Shown: positions 19,881 to 29,292 of the stretch, piece by piece
Numbering within the stretch: the stretch's first letter is position 1
How the letters are laid out: every line of letters begins with the position of its first letter
Notes under the pieces: model-generated
Database searches by the model: none
Told to the model about the DNA's origin: nothing
The model's input: the letters and a program-made list of their open reading frames with translations, nothing else
Program-made: the position numbers and the translations under genes
Source: Gemmatimonadaceae bacterium
GTDB lineage: Bacteria; Gemmatimonadota; Gemmatimonadetes; Gemmatimonadales; Gemmatimonadaceae
Direction of reading: 5' to 3'
Assembly: GCA_051859245.1 (NCBI GenBank)
Contig: JBHYGA010000004.1
Span: forward strand, 320,001-384,000
DNA length: 64,000 nucleotides

Positions 19881-20959
19881 TTCTCCTCCCGATTGAGTGA
19901 AATGTTTTCCAGAGTCAACCTGACAATCTCAATTCGACCGAACCCGTCGTCGTCTTCTCGGTAACGCCATAGAACTCCGGGCCCAACGAATCGTCTGAAT
20001 ACGGGGTCGAAACGCCTCCTCGCTACGACCGCGTTGGTGCGTGGATCAATCGCTTCTAGAATTGTGTCATAGTATCTATCAAAGTCGACGATTCGATACT
20101 CAGTACGCGTCTCAAGCTTGACAGCGGATCGCCAACGCTCGTCAGCCACCCAAGTCAGCGACCAAACGTACCCTTGGGAATCCTGCGACACTCCCCACAT
20201 CTGAGGTGGCGGCGGCTGTGTCCCCATCACCTCGGTCCACACAATCATGCTCGGTGCAGGAAACCATCGAGCAGGACGCAGGTATAGACGACATGACTCG
20301 GTGCCAAATCGACAATGGGCGAAGGCATACTCGCGTCGATGATTGACCCAGTACCTAGCAGCATCGGTGCTCAAAGACACATCGCGATCGAAAAGGTCGC
20401 GCAAATCCTCGCGAAAGGGTAAACGGCTAAGGCTGTGCGATCGCGTGCGACTTCCCTCGGCATCGAGGTCGTGCAGAAGGTACCCAGCAAGCTGAGGTGT
20501 TGGTATGAAGGCAGCGAAAACTCCGCTACCATCACGCCGAAGTGCGAGTGACGTGGGAGTCTCAAGCGCGGGTTTCGTGTCCACCACTTCGAAGTCGTTG
20601 GTAAGCCAAGTCCGACGTTTCGCAAAGTCGTCATGGACAAGGATACCGTTCGCGTAAGGCGAAATTTGCCAAATTCGCCTGTACTCCCCAGGTCCACCGC
20701 CAAGCTTGCCTACAGCGCGCAAGAATGCACCACGCTGAGAAAACACAGCAAACCTCGAAGGTGCATTCGCAACCAAGAAGCGTCCGCGAACGTCCTGCGC
20801 GACGACCAGATTAGGCGAGGTCAACATGCCGGGGCCGACCGTGTCACCCAAAGTGGCTATGGGATCGAGTCGTATTTCGCAAGCGGAGCAGATCCGCTCA
20901 GAAATCCGTACGGTATCCGACTGCATCGCAAACGCCAGCGCAGCCAAGAGAAGCTTCAT
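19877..20959 (-). CDS. 6-bladed beta-propeller family protein (CxxC N-terminal subtype)
   Basis: Signal peptide; CSAC; GKLGGGPGEY motif; C-terminal REDDDGFGRI. Confidence 0.75.
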   Translation of the reverse strand: MKLLLAALAFAMQSDTVRISERICSACEIRLDPIATLGDTVGPGMLTSPNLVVAQDVRGRFLVANAPSRFAVFSQRGAFLRAVGKLGGGPGEYRRIWQISPYANGILVHDDFAKRRTWLTNDFEVVDTKPALETPTSLALRRDGSGVFAAFIPTPQLAGYLLHDLDAEGSRTRSHSLSRLPFREDLRDLFDRDVSLSTDAARYWVNHRREYAFAHCRFGTESCRLYLRPARWFPAPSMIVWTEVMGTQPPPPQMWGVSQDSQGYVWSLTWVADERWRSAVKLETRTEYRIVDFDRYYDTILEAIDPRTNAVVARRRFDPVFRRFVGPGVLWRYREDDDGFGRIEIVRLTLENISLNREEK

Positions 20960-20991
20960 GACACTCCCCCCAAATGGGTGATTCTACGTCC

Positions 20992-21020
20992 ACCATAGCA
21001 TTGCATTGCGAACGCGTCAA
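20992..21020 (-). promoter_or_regulatory. sigma70 promoter for the 20959-19350 pair
   Basis: Minus strand TTGACG-N17-TATGGT with a TGn extension. Confidence 0.55.
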
Positions 21021-21121
21021 GCAAAATGTGTTACTGCAGAGCACGCCTGCGGCGCTAGGCCAATGATGCAGATAGTCGCAAATATTGCGTTGCAGCGAAC
21101 CGGTGGCGGATGTGCGACATC

Positions 21122-22333
21122 CTACGATTTCGCGTCCGATGCAATCGCACAATATGCGAGGTGAAATGCACCGTCGTCGTCGTTCCACGAGAGGGCGACG
21201 CGATCGTTCAGCACTTCCACGATGCGTGGGGTGACGGATCGACTGGCGTCTGCGATGCGCGGTATCTCGACGCGGCCGAGTAGCGAGCCATCGCGGTCGA
21301 AAACGGTCCACCATGCGCTGCGTGCTTCGAGTGGATAGTCTTCGAGCCAGATGCGTCCCGACGGATCAACTTGCATTTGCAGGAATGCAGGAAGCAAATC
21401 TGGTACAGGCTGCATGCGAAGCGCTGCGATGCGTTCATCAATGACGGAGCTCGGCGCGTCCTTGTGCACGGAAGCTCGTACACGTCGCTCAAGCAGTTCG
21501 TTTGTTACGCGCTGCCTGGGCTCGCGCCAGCGAATGATGCGCGTGAGTTTGCCGTTTGCATCAAGTACGCGGATCGTGGCGTCCTGACTATCTTCGATGT
21601 AAACGCGATCGTTTACGACTTGAAGCATGATCGGTGCTTGAAACGCGCTGGGTCTGGACGCCCGCCACGATCCGATTGCTCGGACTGCGCGACCACTGGT
21701 TGACACGCGGTGATAGGCAGCGACACGGTCGGCGTATCGCGCCCGGTCTGGTGACGTGTTATCTGACTCGCTGACGCGCGCGCTCGTTTGCACCAACAAC
21801 GAACCATCGCTGAAGCAGCCGGAGCCGGTTGGTGATCCGTTCGTCGTAATTGTGCGCACGAACTTGCCCTGCAACGTGAACACACTGGCGCGTCTCAGGA
21901 CGTTGTCGCGTATGATCAACGAATCGCCCGCGCCGTGGCATACGGAGTGTGTCTGCTGAAACTCGCCCGGTCCGTTGCCACGTCGGCCGAGCACATGCAA
22001 CAAGCGTCCGGTGGAGTCAAAAATCTTGACGGACGAATAGTCGTTGACCACGATGCGACCGTCGGTGACGCGCCGTGTGCCAAGAAATCCGTGACGCGGA
22101 CTGAACTCCGAGCGCTCGTCGTCCTGCAGGCCGCCCAATCGCACGATCGGTTTTGTCGAAACAACAAACGCGATGCGCGATGTCTGGATCGAAGCGAACT
22201 CAGCGATTTGAATGCCGGCGCTATCGATTCGTGACTGGGCGCACGCGTACTCGAGGGGAATACACCCTACGCTTAACGCTGCAACCGCTAGACGTGCAAA
22301 GAGCGCCGAACGTGCCATGATCAGATCTCCCAC
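21122..22333 (-). CDS. 6-bladed beta-propeller family protein
   Basis: DSAGIQI, GRRGNGPGEF, VDPSGRIW and WTVFDRDG; start may be ATG 22318. Confidence 0.75.
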   Translation of the reverse strand: MGDLIMARSALFARLAVAALSVGCIPLEYACAQSRIDSAGIQIAEFASIQTSRIAFVVSTKPIVRLGGLQDDERSEFSPRHGFLGTRRVTDGRIVVNDYSSVKIFDSTGRLLHVLGRRGNGPGEFQQTHSVCHGAGDSLIIRDNVLRRASVFTLQGKFVRTITTNGSPTGSGCFSDGSLLVQTSARVSESDNTSPDRARYADRVAAYHRVSTSGRAVRAIGSWRASRPSAFQAPIMLQVVNDRVYIEDSQDATIRVLDANGKLTRIIRWREPRQRVTNELLERRVRASVHKDAPSSVIDERIAALRMQPVPDLLPAFLQMQVDPSGRIWLEDYPLEARSAWWTVFDRDGSLLGRVEIPRIADASRSVTPRIVEVLNDRVALSWNDDDGAFHLAYCAIASDAKS

Positions 22334-22371
22334 TGTGCTGACGCCCGTGAGAACCTCGCCTGCGTTCCAGT

Positions 22372-22743
22372 CTAGAGCAGCTTGAGTCCGCTGTCCACAA
22401 ATACTTCGAAGTCGTCGCGGTTGTTGGTGGCGAGTGTGGCGTTCGCTGAAATCGCGGCCGCAGCGATCATTGCGTCAACGCGAAGCGATCGTCTTCGCCC
22501 TGCGGCGTTGTAGAGTTCGGCGGCGATTGCCGCGTGCTCTTCGTCGAATGGCAGCACTGATTCAAGGAAAGTGCGCACCGTGTCGCGCTGGTTCGCGGTG
22601 ACTGGACCGCAGAGAAACTCATACCACGCGACCATCGGAGTCACGAGCGTTTCGCCAGCCGCGGCCCACGATCGAAGCGCCGCACTTTCTTCGCTGCCGT
22701 CAATCAGGCCGCGAATCAGGTAGTTGGTGTCCAGACAGATCAC
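22372..22743 (-). CDS. vapC: PIN-domain (VapC) toxin
   Basis: LDTNYLI, WYEF, DAMIAA and LATNNRDDF acidic PIN residues. Confidence 0.92.
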   Translation of the reverse strand: MICLDTNYLIRGLIDGSEESAALRSWAAAGETLVTPMVAWYEFLCGPVTANQRDTVRTFLESVLPFDEEHAAIAAELYNAAGRRRSLRVDAMIAAAAISANATLATNNRDDFEVFVDSGLKLL

Positions 22744-23000
22744 TTGCTACGCCACGCCTTCCGGTCGCGCTGCACTTCTGTCAGGTAGGCGTCGGCGTCA
22801 CGCGCGCTCAGACCCTGCCCCGCCGCGTGCAGCGCATCGAGAGCGGCGATTGGATCTGGTCGTTCGGGCCGCGCGGCATCGGCGACAACCCGTCGAATGA
22901 CTTCTGCCTGCGACACGCCCCATTGCGACGCGAGGGCGCGAATCCGCTCGGCGGTGGCCTGATCGAGAGCAAAAGTGGTTCGGTGCGTCATAAGTGCCAT
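22740..23000 (-). CDS. ribbon-helix-helix (CopG/VapB-like) antitoxin
   Basis: RTTFALD...GVSQAEVIRR; 4-nt overlap with the PIN gene; ATACCATA direct repeats at the start. Confidence 0.8.
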   Translation of the reverse strand: MALMTHRTTFALDQATAERIRALASQWGVSQAEVIRRVVADAARPERPDPIAALDALHAAGQGLSARDADAYLTEVQRDRKAWRSK

Positions 23001-23118
23001 ACCATATAACATACCATAACCCAACGCGCACCGCAAGAATGCGAGTGGTCAGCGCCCGTCCGAGGGGCTATCGTGCAGCGCTCACTGCGGCGGAAGAACG
23101 CACCGCGAAAGAAAATGA

Positions 23119-24387
23119 ATGCGGGAGGCTGTTATGGTTTGTACGCGCGCGGCCCTTGTCTGCGGCACGGCGATCCTGCTTGCGTCGCTACCGGAGAGGG
23201 CGAGCGCTCAGACGGCTACGCTGTCCGTGCGTGACAGCGCCGGCATTCGCATCGTGACGCACTCGCGCTCCGCAGCGCCGCAGAGCACATGGCGCATCGT
23301 ACCGAGGCCGATGCTTGAGATCGGTGGTACCGCGACCGCTGGACCCACTTTGTTCGATGACATCTGGGGCGTAGCGCGCACGCCACGTGGTGAGATCATT
23401 GTGTCGGACGATGCCACGCAAGAGCTGCGCATGTTCGACAGTACTGGTAAACACGTGCGCACATTCGGCCGAAGTGGCGAAGGTCCGGGTGAGTTTTCGC
23501 AGATCAAGCACGTGCATGTGCGTGGCGACAGCGTGATTGCGATTGACACGCAGCGCGGCGCGGCCGTGTTCACACTCGCCGGGAAGCTGGTGCGACAGCC
23601 CCAGCACCCTTCGTTTGGTGCGTATCTCTCCATCGGTGCGTGGGGAGTGCTGAGTGATGGTTCAGTCATTGAAACGGCAACGGGCGGACCAGCTGCCAAT
23701 GAAGCGGATGCAGTGGGCACATTCACAGAAACGCATGCACTGTTTCGCACCACGCCCAATGGGCGTTCAGCGACGCTGATGCGACTAGTGCCAAACAACG
23801 ATGCGCACCGCCGTGCAAACGGTCCACGATCTGGAGACCCTGTCGCGTACTCACCGTGGCTCTCCGTCGCGCCGACCGAGGACCGTGTGTGTCTCGGCCG
23901 AGGAGAAACGTATGAGATTTTGTGCCTGAACAGCGCGGGTGCGCCGATACAGATTGTCCGGCGCGACATGCCACTCACGCCTGTGTCGGCGCTCGCACGC
24001 ACGCAGTATCAGCAGCGCATTCGCACACAAGCCAATCCACTGGGTCATGATCGCTTGCCGCAGGCGCGGCTCAATGCGATCGCTGACAACACGGTCTTCG
24101 CATCTCACTTTCCGGCCTACGGTCGCATCGTCGCCGGCATCAATGGCGAAGTGTGGGTGAGCGAATATCAATACGAAGCTCACACACGAGGCTATGGTGA
24201 GCCGGCATCGAGCAGCGAGGTCACGCGCTGGAATGTGTTCGCTCGCGATGGATTATGGAGTGCAAGCATTGCACTGCCAACGCGGTTCACCGTGAAGCAG
24301 GTCGGCGCCAACTTCCTGCTCGGTGTGAGCCAAGATGATGACGGTGTGCAGCGCGTAACGCTGTATCGCTTGGAGAGAACTCGCTGA
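23119..24387 (+). CDS. 6-bladed beta-propeller family protein
   Basis: VRDSAGIRIV, GRSGEGPGEF, WNVFARDG and DDDGVQRVTLY. Confidence 0.8.
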   Translation: MREAVMVCTRAALVCGTAILLASLPERASAQTATLSVRDSAGIRIVTHSRSAAPQSTWRIVPRPMLEIGGTATAGPTLFDDIWGVARTPRGEIIVSDDATQELRMFDSTGKHVRTFGRSGEGPGEFSQIKHVHVRGDSVIAIDTQRGAAVFTLAGKLVRQPQHPSFGAYLSIGAWGVLSDGSVIETATGGPAANEADAVGTFTETHALFRTTPNGRSATLMRLVPNNDAHRRANGPRSGDPVAYSPWLSVAPTEDRVCLGRGETYEILCLNSAGAPIQIVRRDMPLTPVSALARTQYQQRIRTQANPLGHDRLPQARLNAIADNTVFASHFPAYGRIVAGINGEVWVSEYQYEAHTRGYGEPASSSEVTRWNVFARDGLWSASIALPTRFTVKQVGANFLLGVSQDDDGVQRVTLYRLERTR

Positions 24388-27059
24388 TGCGCGTCAAACG
24401 TTTCCTGTGCGGACTGATGGTTGCATCGCTGTTGGCAAAAAGTGCAGTTGCCGCGCAACCACCGGTTACGCAGCCTAATACGAGCGAACGATCCGCGACA
24501 CGAGCAAACAAGCCGTGGCTCGACGCGCGCCTTCCGGTGCAAACACGCGTGCAGGAACTGCTCAGCCGCATGACGCTTGAACAGAAGTTCTGGCAGCTGT
24601 TCATGATTCCGGGCAGTCTGGATAACCCGGCGCACGACTATTCGAACGGTGTGTTCGGACTGCAGATCAGCGCTGACACCACGATTCCACCCACGCAAGC
24701 CGCGCGCGCGCACGCCGAGCGTGTCAACAGTATTCAGCGCTACTTCGTGGAGCGCACGCCACTCGGCATTCCGATCATTCCGTTTGACGAAGCGTTGCAC
24801 GGCCTCATGCGCGAAGGCGCGATCACGTTTCCGCACGCGATTGCGATGGCGGCCACGTGGGACAGCGCACTGATCGGCCGCGCGAGTGAAGCCACAGCTC
24901 GCGAAACGCGTAGTCGTGGCATTCGGCAGGCGCTGTCACCGGTGGTGAACATTGCGAGTGATGTGCGCTGGGGACGTGTGGAAGAAACGTACGGCGAAGA
25001 TCCGTATCTCACGGGTGTGATGGGCCGAGTGTTTGTGCGCGCGTTTGAACAGGCGGGCATTGTGACCACGCCCAAACACTTTGTCGCCAACGTTGGCGAA
25101 GGTGGACGCGACAGTTATCCCGCCGAGTTCAGTCAACGTGTGTTGGAAGAGCGATTCTTTCCGCCGTTTCAGAGTCTGATTGCGCAGGCGGGCGCACGGT
25201 CGGTAATGACGGCGTACAACTCGGTCGACGGACTGCCTGCCACGCAGAACGGGCCGCTGCTCAACGGCACGCTGCGGCGCGATTGGGGATTCAAAGGTTT
25301 CGTGATTTCCGATGCGGCGGCCACCGGTGGTGCCACTGTGCTGCACCACACCGAAGCGAGCACTGCAACGGCAACCAAGCGTGCATTCGAAGCCGGGCTC
25401 GATGTGGTGTTTCAATCGGAGTATCCACAGCACCGTCCGTATCTCGAGGCATTCCGGCGTGGCATGGTGCCGGATTCCGTGATGAACGCGGCAGTCTCGC
25501 GCGTGCTCCGAGCCAAGTTCGATCTTGGATTGTTCGAACAGCCATTCGTAGATCCGGACTCCGCGGCGTATTGGAGTGGGCACGCCACGCATCGTGCGCT
25601 GGCGCGCGAGGTGGCGCGCAAATCCATGGTGCTGCTGCGCAACAAGAGTGCGACGCTACCGCTCGCGCGCAGCACACGCCGCATTGCGGTGATTGGCACC
25701 GATGCCGTGGAAGGGCGCTTTGGCGGTTACAGCGGGCCGGGCATTCGCACCACCAACATGCTTGACGGTATTCGCGCGGCCGCCGGCACAAACGCAACCG
25801 TGCACTACGCACCGGGGCCGAGTCGGTTTGCGGCAACACACATGGTGGTGCCGGCGGAAAATCTGTCGGCGCTGCGTGGCGAGTACTTCACTAATATTGC
25901 GCTCACGGGAACGCCGTTTCTTGTACGCGATGATGCACGCATCGATTTTGGCTGGACGCTGAACTCTCCCGCGCGCGGCATTGCCTTTGACTGGTATTCC
26001 GTGCGTTGGACCGGCACAATCACTGCGCCGGCGGGTGGTGTTACACAGATCGGCGTGGAAGGAAACGACGGCTACCGGTTGTGGATTGACGATTCGCTCG
26101 TCGTCGACAACTGGGAGAAACGATCGCACGGTGTACGCATGGCGAACGTGCAGTTCGCGCCAGGCAGCAAACACACGCTGCGTTTGGAGTTCTTTGAAAG
26201 TGCAGGCAACGCACGTGTAAAACTCGTCTGGAATGCCGGCGTGCGTTCGGCGGCCGCGCTGCAACAGACTATCGACAGCGCGGCAAACATTGCGCGCAGC
26301 GCCGACGTGGCCGTGGTTGTGGTGGGCACTGAAGAAGGTGAGTTCCGCGATCGTGCCCTGCTCTCCCTGCCAGGAAAACAGGAAGCACTCATTCGCGAAG
26401 TGGCCGCAACCGGCACGCCAGTCGTGGTGGTGCTCGTAGGCGGTAGCGCGATCACCATGTTTTCATGGCTTGAGTCTGTTGGCGCGGTACTTCACGCTTG
26501 GTATCCGGGCGAAGAAGGTGGCAACGCACTCGCCGACGTGTTGTTTGGCGCTGAATCTCCGGCCGGCCGTTTGCCGATCACGTTCCCGGTGAGCGAAGGG
26601 CAGCTGCCGCTTTCTTACAACCACAAACCAACGGGCCGCGGCGATGACTACGTAGACCTCACCGGTCAGCCACTCTTTCCCTTTGGCTACGGACTGAGTT
26701 ACACCACATTCGAATACTCGGCGCTGCGCGTCACACCGGACAGCATGAGCGCCAACAGAACCGCGACGGTCACCGCAACGATCACGAATACCGGCGCACG
26801 CGCCGGCGACGAAGTGGTGCAGCTGTACATTCGCGACGTACTGGCCACGATGGCGCGTCCGGTGATTCAACTGGCTGGTTTCACGCGCGTTCACCTCGCG
26901 CCAGGCGAAAAACGTGACGTGACATTCACACTCACGCGCGAGCAGCTACAGATGCTTGATGTGGATATGAAGTGGGTCGTGGAACCCGGCGTGTTTCGTG
27001 TGCTCGTTGGTGCGTCATCCAAAGACATTCGCCTTCGCGGGGAGCTCGTGGTGAGATGA
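24387..27059 (+). CDS. GH3 beta-glucosidase/xylosidase with PA14 and Fn3-like domains
   Basis: RWGRVEETYGEDP, KHF, WGFKGFVISD, PA14 insert (YSVRWTG), FPFGYGLSYTTF. Confidence 0.94.
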   Translation: MRVKRFLCGLMVASLLAKSAVAAQPPVTQPNTSERSATRANKPWLDARLPVQTRVQELLSRMTLEQKFWQLFMIPGSLDNPAHDYSNGVFGLQISADTTIPPTQAARAHAERVNSIQRYFVERTPLGIPIIPFDEALHGLMREGAITFPHAIAMAATWDSALIGRASEATARETRSRGIRQALSPVVNIASDVRWGRVEETYGEDPYLTGVMGRVFVRAFEQAGIVTTPKHFVANVGEGGRDSYPAEFSQRVLEERFFPPFQSLIAQAGARSVMTAYNSVDGLPATQNGPLLNGTLRRDWGFKGFVISDAAATGGATVLHHTEASTATATKRAFEAGLDVVFQSEYPQHRPYLEAFRRGMVPDSVMNAAVSRVLRAKFDLGLFEQPFVDPDSAAYWSGHATHRALAREVARKSMVLLRNKSATLPLARSTRRIAVIGTDAVEGRFGGYSGPGIRTTNMLDGIRAAAGTNATVHYAPGPSRFAATHMVVPAENLSALRGEYFTNIALTGTPFLVRDDARIDFGWTLNSPARGIAFDWYSVRWTGTITAPAGGVTQIGVEGNDGYRLWIDDSLVVDNWEKRSHGVRMANVQFAPGSKHTLRLEFFESAGNARVKLVWNAGVRSAAALQQTIDSAANIARSADVAVVVVGTEEGEFRDRALLSLPGKQEALIREVAATGTPVVVVLVGGSAITMFSWLESVGAVLHAWYPGEEGGNALADVLFGAESPAGRLPITFPVSEGQLPLSYNHKPTGRGDDYVDLTGQPLFPFGYGLSYTTFEYSALRVTPDSMSANRTATVTATITNTGARAGDEVVQLYIRDVLATMARPVIQLAGFTRVHLAPGEKRDVTFTLTREQLQMLDVDMKWVVEPGVFRVLVGASSKDIRLRGELVVR

Positions 27060-28468
27060 GCATGGATCGTCGAACGTTCATGCGCCTCTCGGCGGCCGCG
27101 CTGGCGGGTGCGCCGATTGCTGAAGCAGCGTTTTCTGGTGTCACGATTGCTGGTGAGCCGATGCGTGGCCGTCGCAGATTGCTCACAAGTCGCGACACCA
27201 TCGTGCTGCCGTCGCGCGCGCAACTCGACTGGCAGCGCGACGAACTTGCCATGTTCATTCATTTTGGTGTGAACACGTTTTCAAACCGTGAGTGGGGCGA
27301 CGGCAAGGAAAGTCCGAGCTCGTTCAACCCCACCGCGCTCGACGCTCGGCAATGGGCGAGCTCCGCACGCGCCGCCGGATTTCGCGCCATGGTGCTCACG
27401 GCCAAACATCACGACGGCTTCTGTTTGTGGCCTACTGCCACCACAGAACATTCCGTGCGCAGCAGCCCGTTTCGCGGTGGCAATGGCGACGTGGTACGCG
27501 AGTTTGTCGACGCATGTCGTGCTGAAAACCTTCGCGTAGGACTGTACTTGTCGCCGTGGGATCGCAATGCGCCGAGTTACGGTGATTCGCCGCGCTACAA
27601 CGATATGTACATCGCGCAGCTCACCGAACTGCTCACGCGCTACGGCGCGATTCACGAAGTGTGGTTTGACGGCGCCAACGGCGAAGGCCCGAATGGCAAA
27701 CGTCAGACCTACGACTGGCCGCGCGTGTGGGGCAAGGTGAAGGAGTTGCAGCCGCAGTCGGTGATCTTCTCTGACGCGGGCCCTGATGTGCGCTGGATTG
27801 GCAACGAGCGTGGTGTGGCCGGCACCACCAACTGGTCTACGGTGAACCCGTCAATTGTGCCGTATCCCGGCATGTCGGGTGACGAAGTCATGCGTTCGCT
27901 GCAGGACGGTGACCGCGACGGCACGGTGTGGCGGCCCGGTGAAACGGATGTGTCGATCCGTCCGGGGTGGTTCTATCATCCGGCCGAAGACGCACGCGTG
28001 AAATCCGTGGATGATCTGGTGGAGATCTATTGCACGAGCGTGGGGCGCAACTCGAAGCTGTTGCTCAATGTGCCGCCCACGCCGGATGGAGTGTTGCACT
28101 CGGTGGACGTGCAGCGACTCGCAGGCATGCGCGAGAGACTCGACGCGATGTTCGCGCAGAATGTCGCAGGCGGTACGCGTCGCTGGCGCGTGCCAAGTGA
28201 CACTGCAGCCGTTCACACCGTGCAATTCGCACGGGAAGCGCCGGTGAGCATCGTCGATCTCCGAGAGGACATTACGCAGGGACAGCGTGTGGCCGAGTAC
28301 ACCCTCGAGGCGCTCGTTGGGGACAGGTGGCAGGTGCTCACACGCGGAACAACAATTGGTTATCGCCGCATCGAGCGGTTCCCAATCGTCACCGTTCGTG
28401 GCCTGCGCGTGAGCATCTCCGATGCTCGGCACCGACCGGAGCCCATACAGATTTCAGCCTTCGCGTAA
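27056..28468 (+). CDS. GH29 alpha-L-fucosidase, Tat-exported
   Basis: DRRTFM Tat motif; MFIHFG, TAKHHDGFCLW, VWFDG, RPGWFY and SVGRN. Confidence 0.93.
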   Translation: MSMDRRTFMRLSAAALAGAPIAEAAFSGVTIAGEPMRGRRRLLTSRDTIVLPSRAQLDWQRDELAMFIHFGVNTFSNREWGDGKESPSSFNPTALDARQWASSARAAGFRAMVLTAKHHDGFCLWPTATTEHSVRSSPFRGGNGDVVREFVDACRAENLRVGLYLSPWDRNAPSYGDSPRYNDMYIAQLTELLTRYGAIHEVWFDGANGEGPNGKRQTYDWPRVWGKVKELQPQSVIFSDAGPDVRWIGNERGVAGTTNWSTVNPSIVPYPGMSGDEVMRSLQDGDRDGTVWRPGETDVSIRPGWFYHPAEDARVKSVDDLVEIYCTSVGRNSKLLLNVPPTPDGVLHSVDVQRLAGMRERLDAMFAQNVAGGTRRWRVPSDTAAVHTVQFAREAPVSIVDLREDITQGQRVAEYTLEALVGDRWQVLTRGTTIGYRRIERFPIVTVRGLRVSISDARHRPEPIQISAFA

Positions 28469-28565
28469 GGCAAAGCGCGAATGTCGTGAATTCGCTCTCA
28501 AACACGCTAGTACAGAGACGACGGATGGGACGTCGGATCTGACAAATCATGTTTGAGGTCGTGCG

Positions 28566-28742
28566 ATGTTTGGTTCGTTCAGGAAGTTACAGCGCGATGC
28601 CTTCGCGCCGATTGTTGAGCTCGCGAAGCAGCGTCAGGGTTACGAGCGCCAGGTATTTCTCGAGGAGCTTCGGCGGGATGCGCCGACTGTAGCGCCGCTC
28701 GTTGAAGCGATCATCGCGGAGGAAGGTGGGCGCTCCGCGTAG
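28566..28742 (+). CDS. small 58-aa hypothetical protein (missed by the ORF track)
   Basis: GAGG RBS; MFGSFRKLQRDAFAPIVELAKQRQGYERQVFLEELRRDAPTVAPLVEAIIAEEGGRSA. Confidence 0.55.
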   Translation: MFGSFRKLQRDAFAPIVELAKQRQGYERQVFLEELRRDAPTVAPLVEAIIAEEGGRSA

Positions 28743-28776
28743 CGTCCCCTGTGAGGTTCGCCGTGCATATCGTGCG

Positions 28777-29193
28777 CTACACGTCGTGCGGAATTGGGCG
28801 GCTATCTGGCTGCATCGCACCCGCGACATTGCCCTCGGTATCGCGAAACCATAACAGGTGACCAACCGTGGGAATCGTGGCGACTGGCATGAGAATCGTG
28901 CCGCCCGCCGCTACAATCTCACGTTCGGCGGCGGCGATATCGGCCACCGTAATCGTGCATTCGAATCCCGTCATGCGCTCACCGGCCACCAGCGACCGTC
29001 GCTCTTGCAACGAGCCGTTCACCGCGGGTGCATTCGGAGCTGAACCGGTCTCGATCATGAAAAAGCCCGGCGGCCCCCAGGCGTTGAATCGCCAGCCAAA
29101 CACCCGTCCGTAAAAGCGCTGCGCGCGATTCACATCGTCGGCGTTGATCGCGAAGTGGCGAACCGGTGATGCAGGATTGGCGGGCTGAGACAT
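28777..29193 (-). CDS. VOC/glyoxalase family protein
   Basis: HFAINADDVNRAQRFYGRVFGW...FRDTEGN. Confidence 0.9.
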   Translation of the reverse strand: MSQPANPASPVRHFAINADDVNRAQRFYGRVFGWRFNAWGPPGFFMIETGSAPNAPAVNGSLQERRSLVAGERMTGFECTITVADIAAAEREIVAAGGTILMPVATIPTVGHLLWFRDTEGNVAGAMQPDSRPIPHDV

Positions 29194-29292
29194 GGTCGCT
29201 CCGGAAAATCGCTATGGCGAAGAGGCTCGTTCAGGGACGCAGCCAACGTAGCGCTTACCCTGAACAGCACGCTTGCGCCAAATTGACAAGAT

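Noticed and set aside
21076..21120. attC-like sequence (GCGTTGCAGCGAACCGG...)
   Set aside because: Only a half-site resemblance; no RYYYAAC/GTTRRRY pair and no integron integrase.
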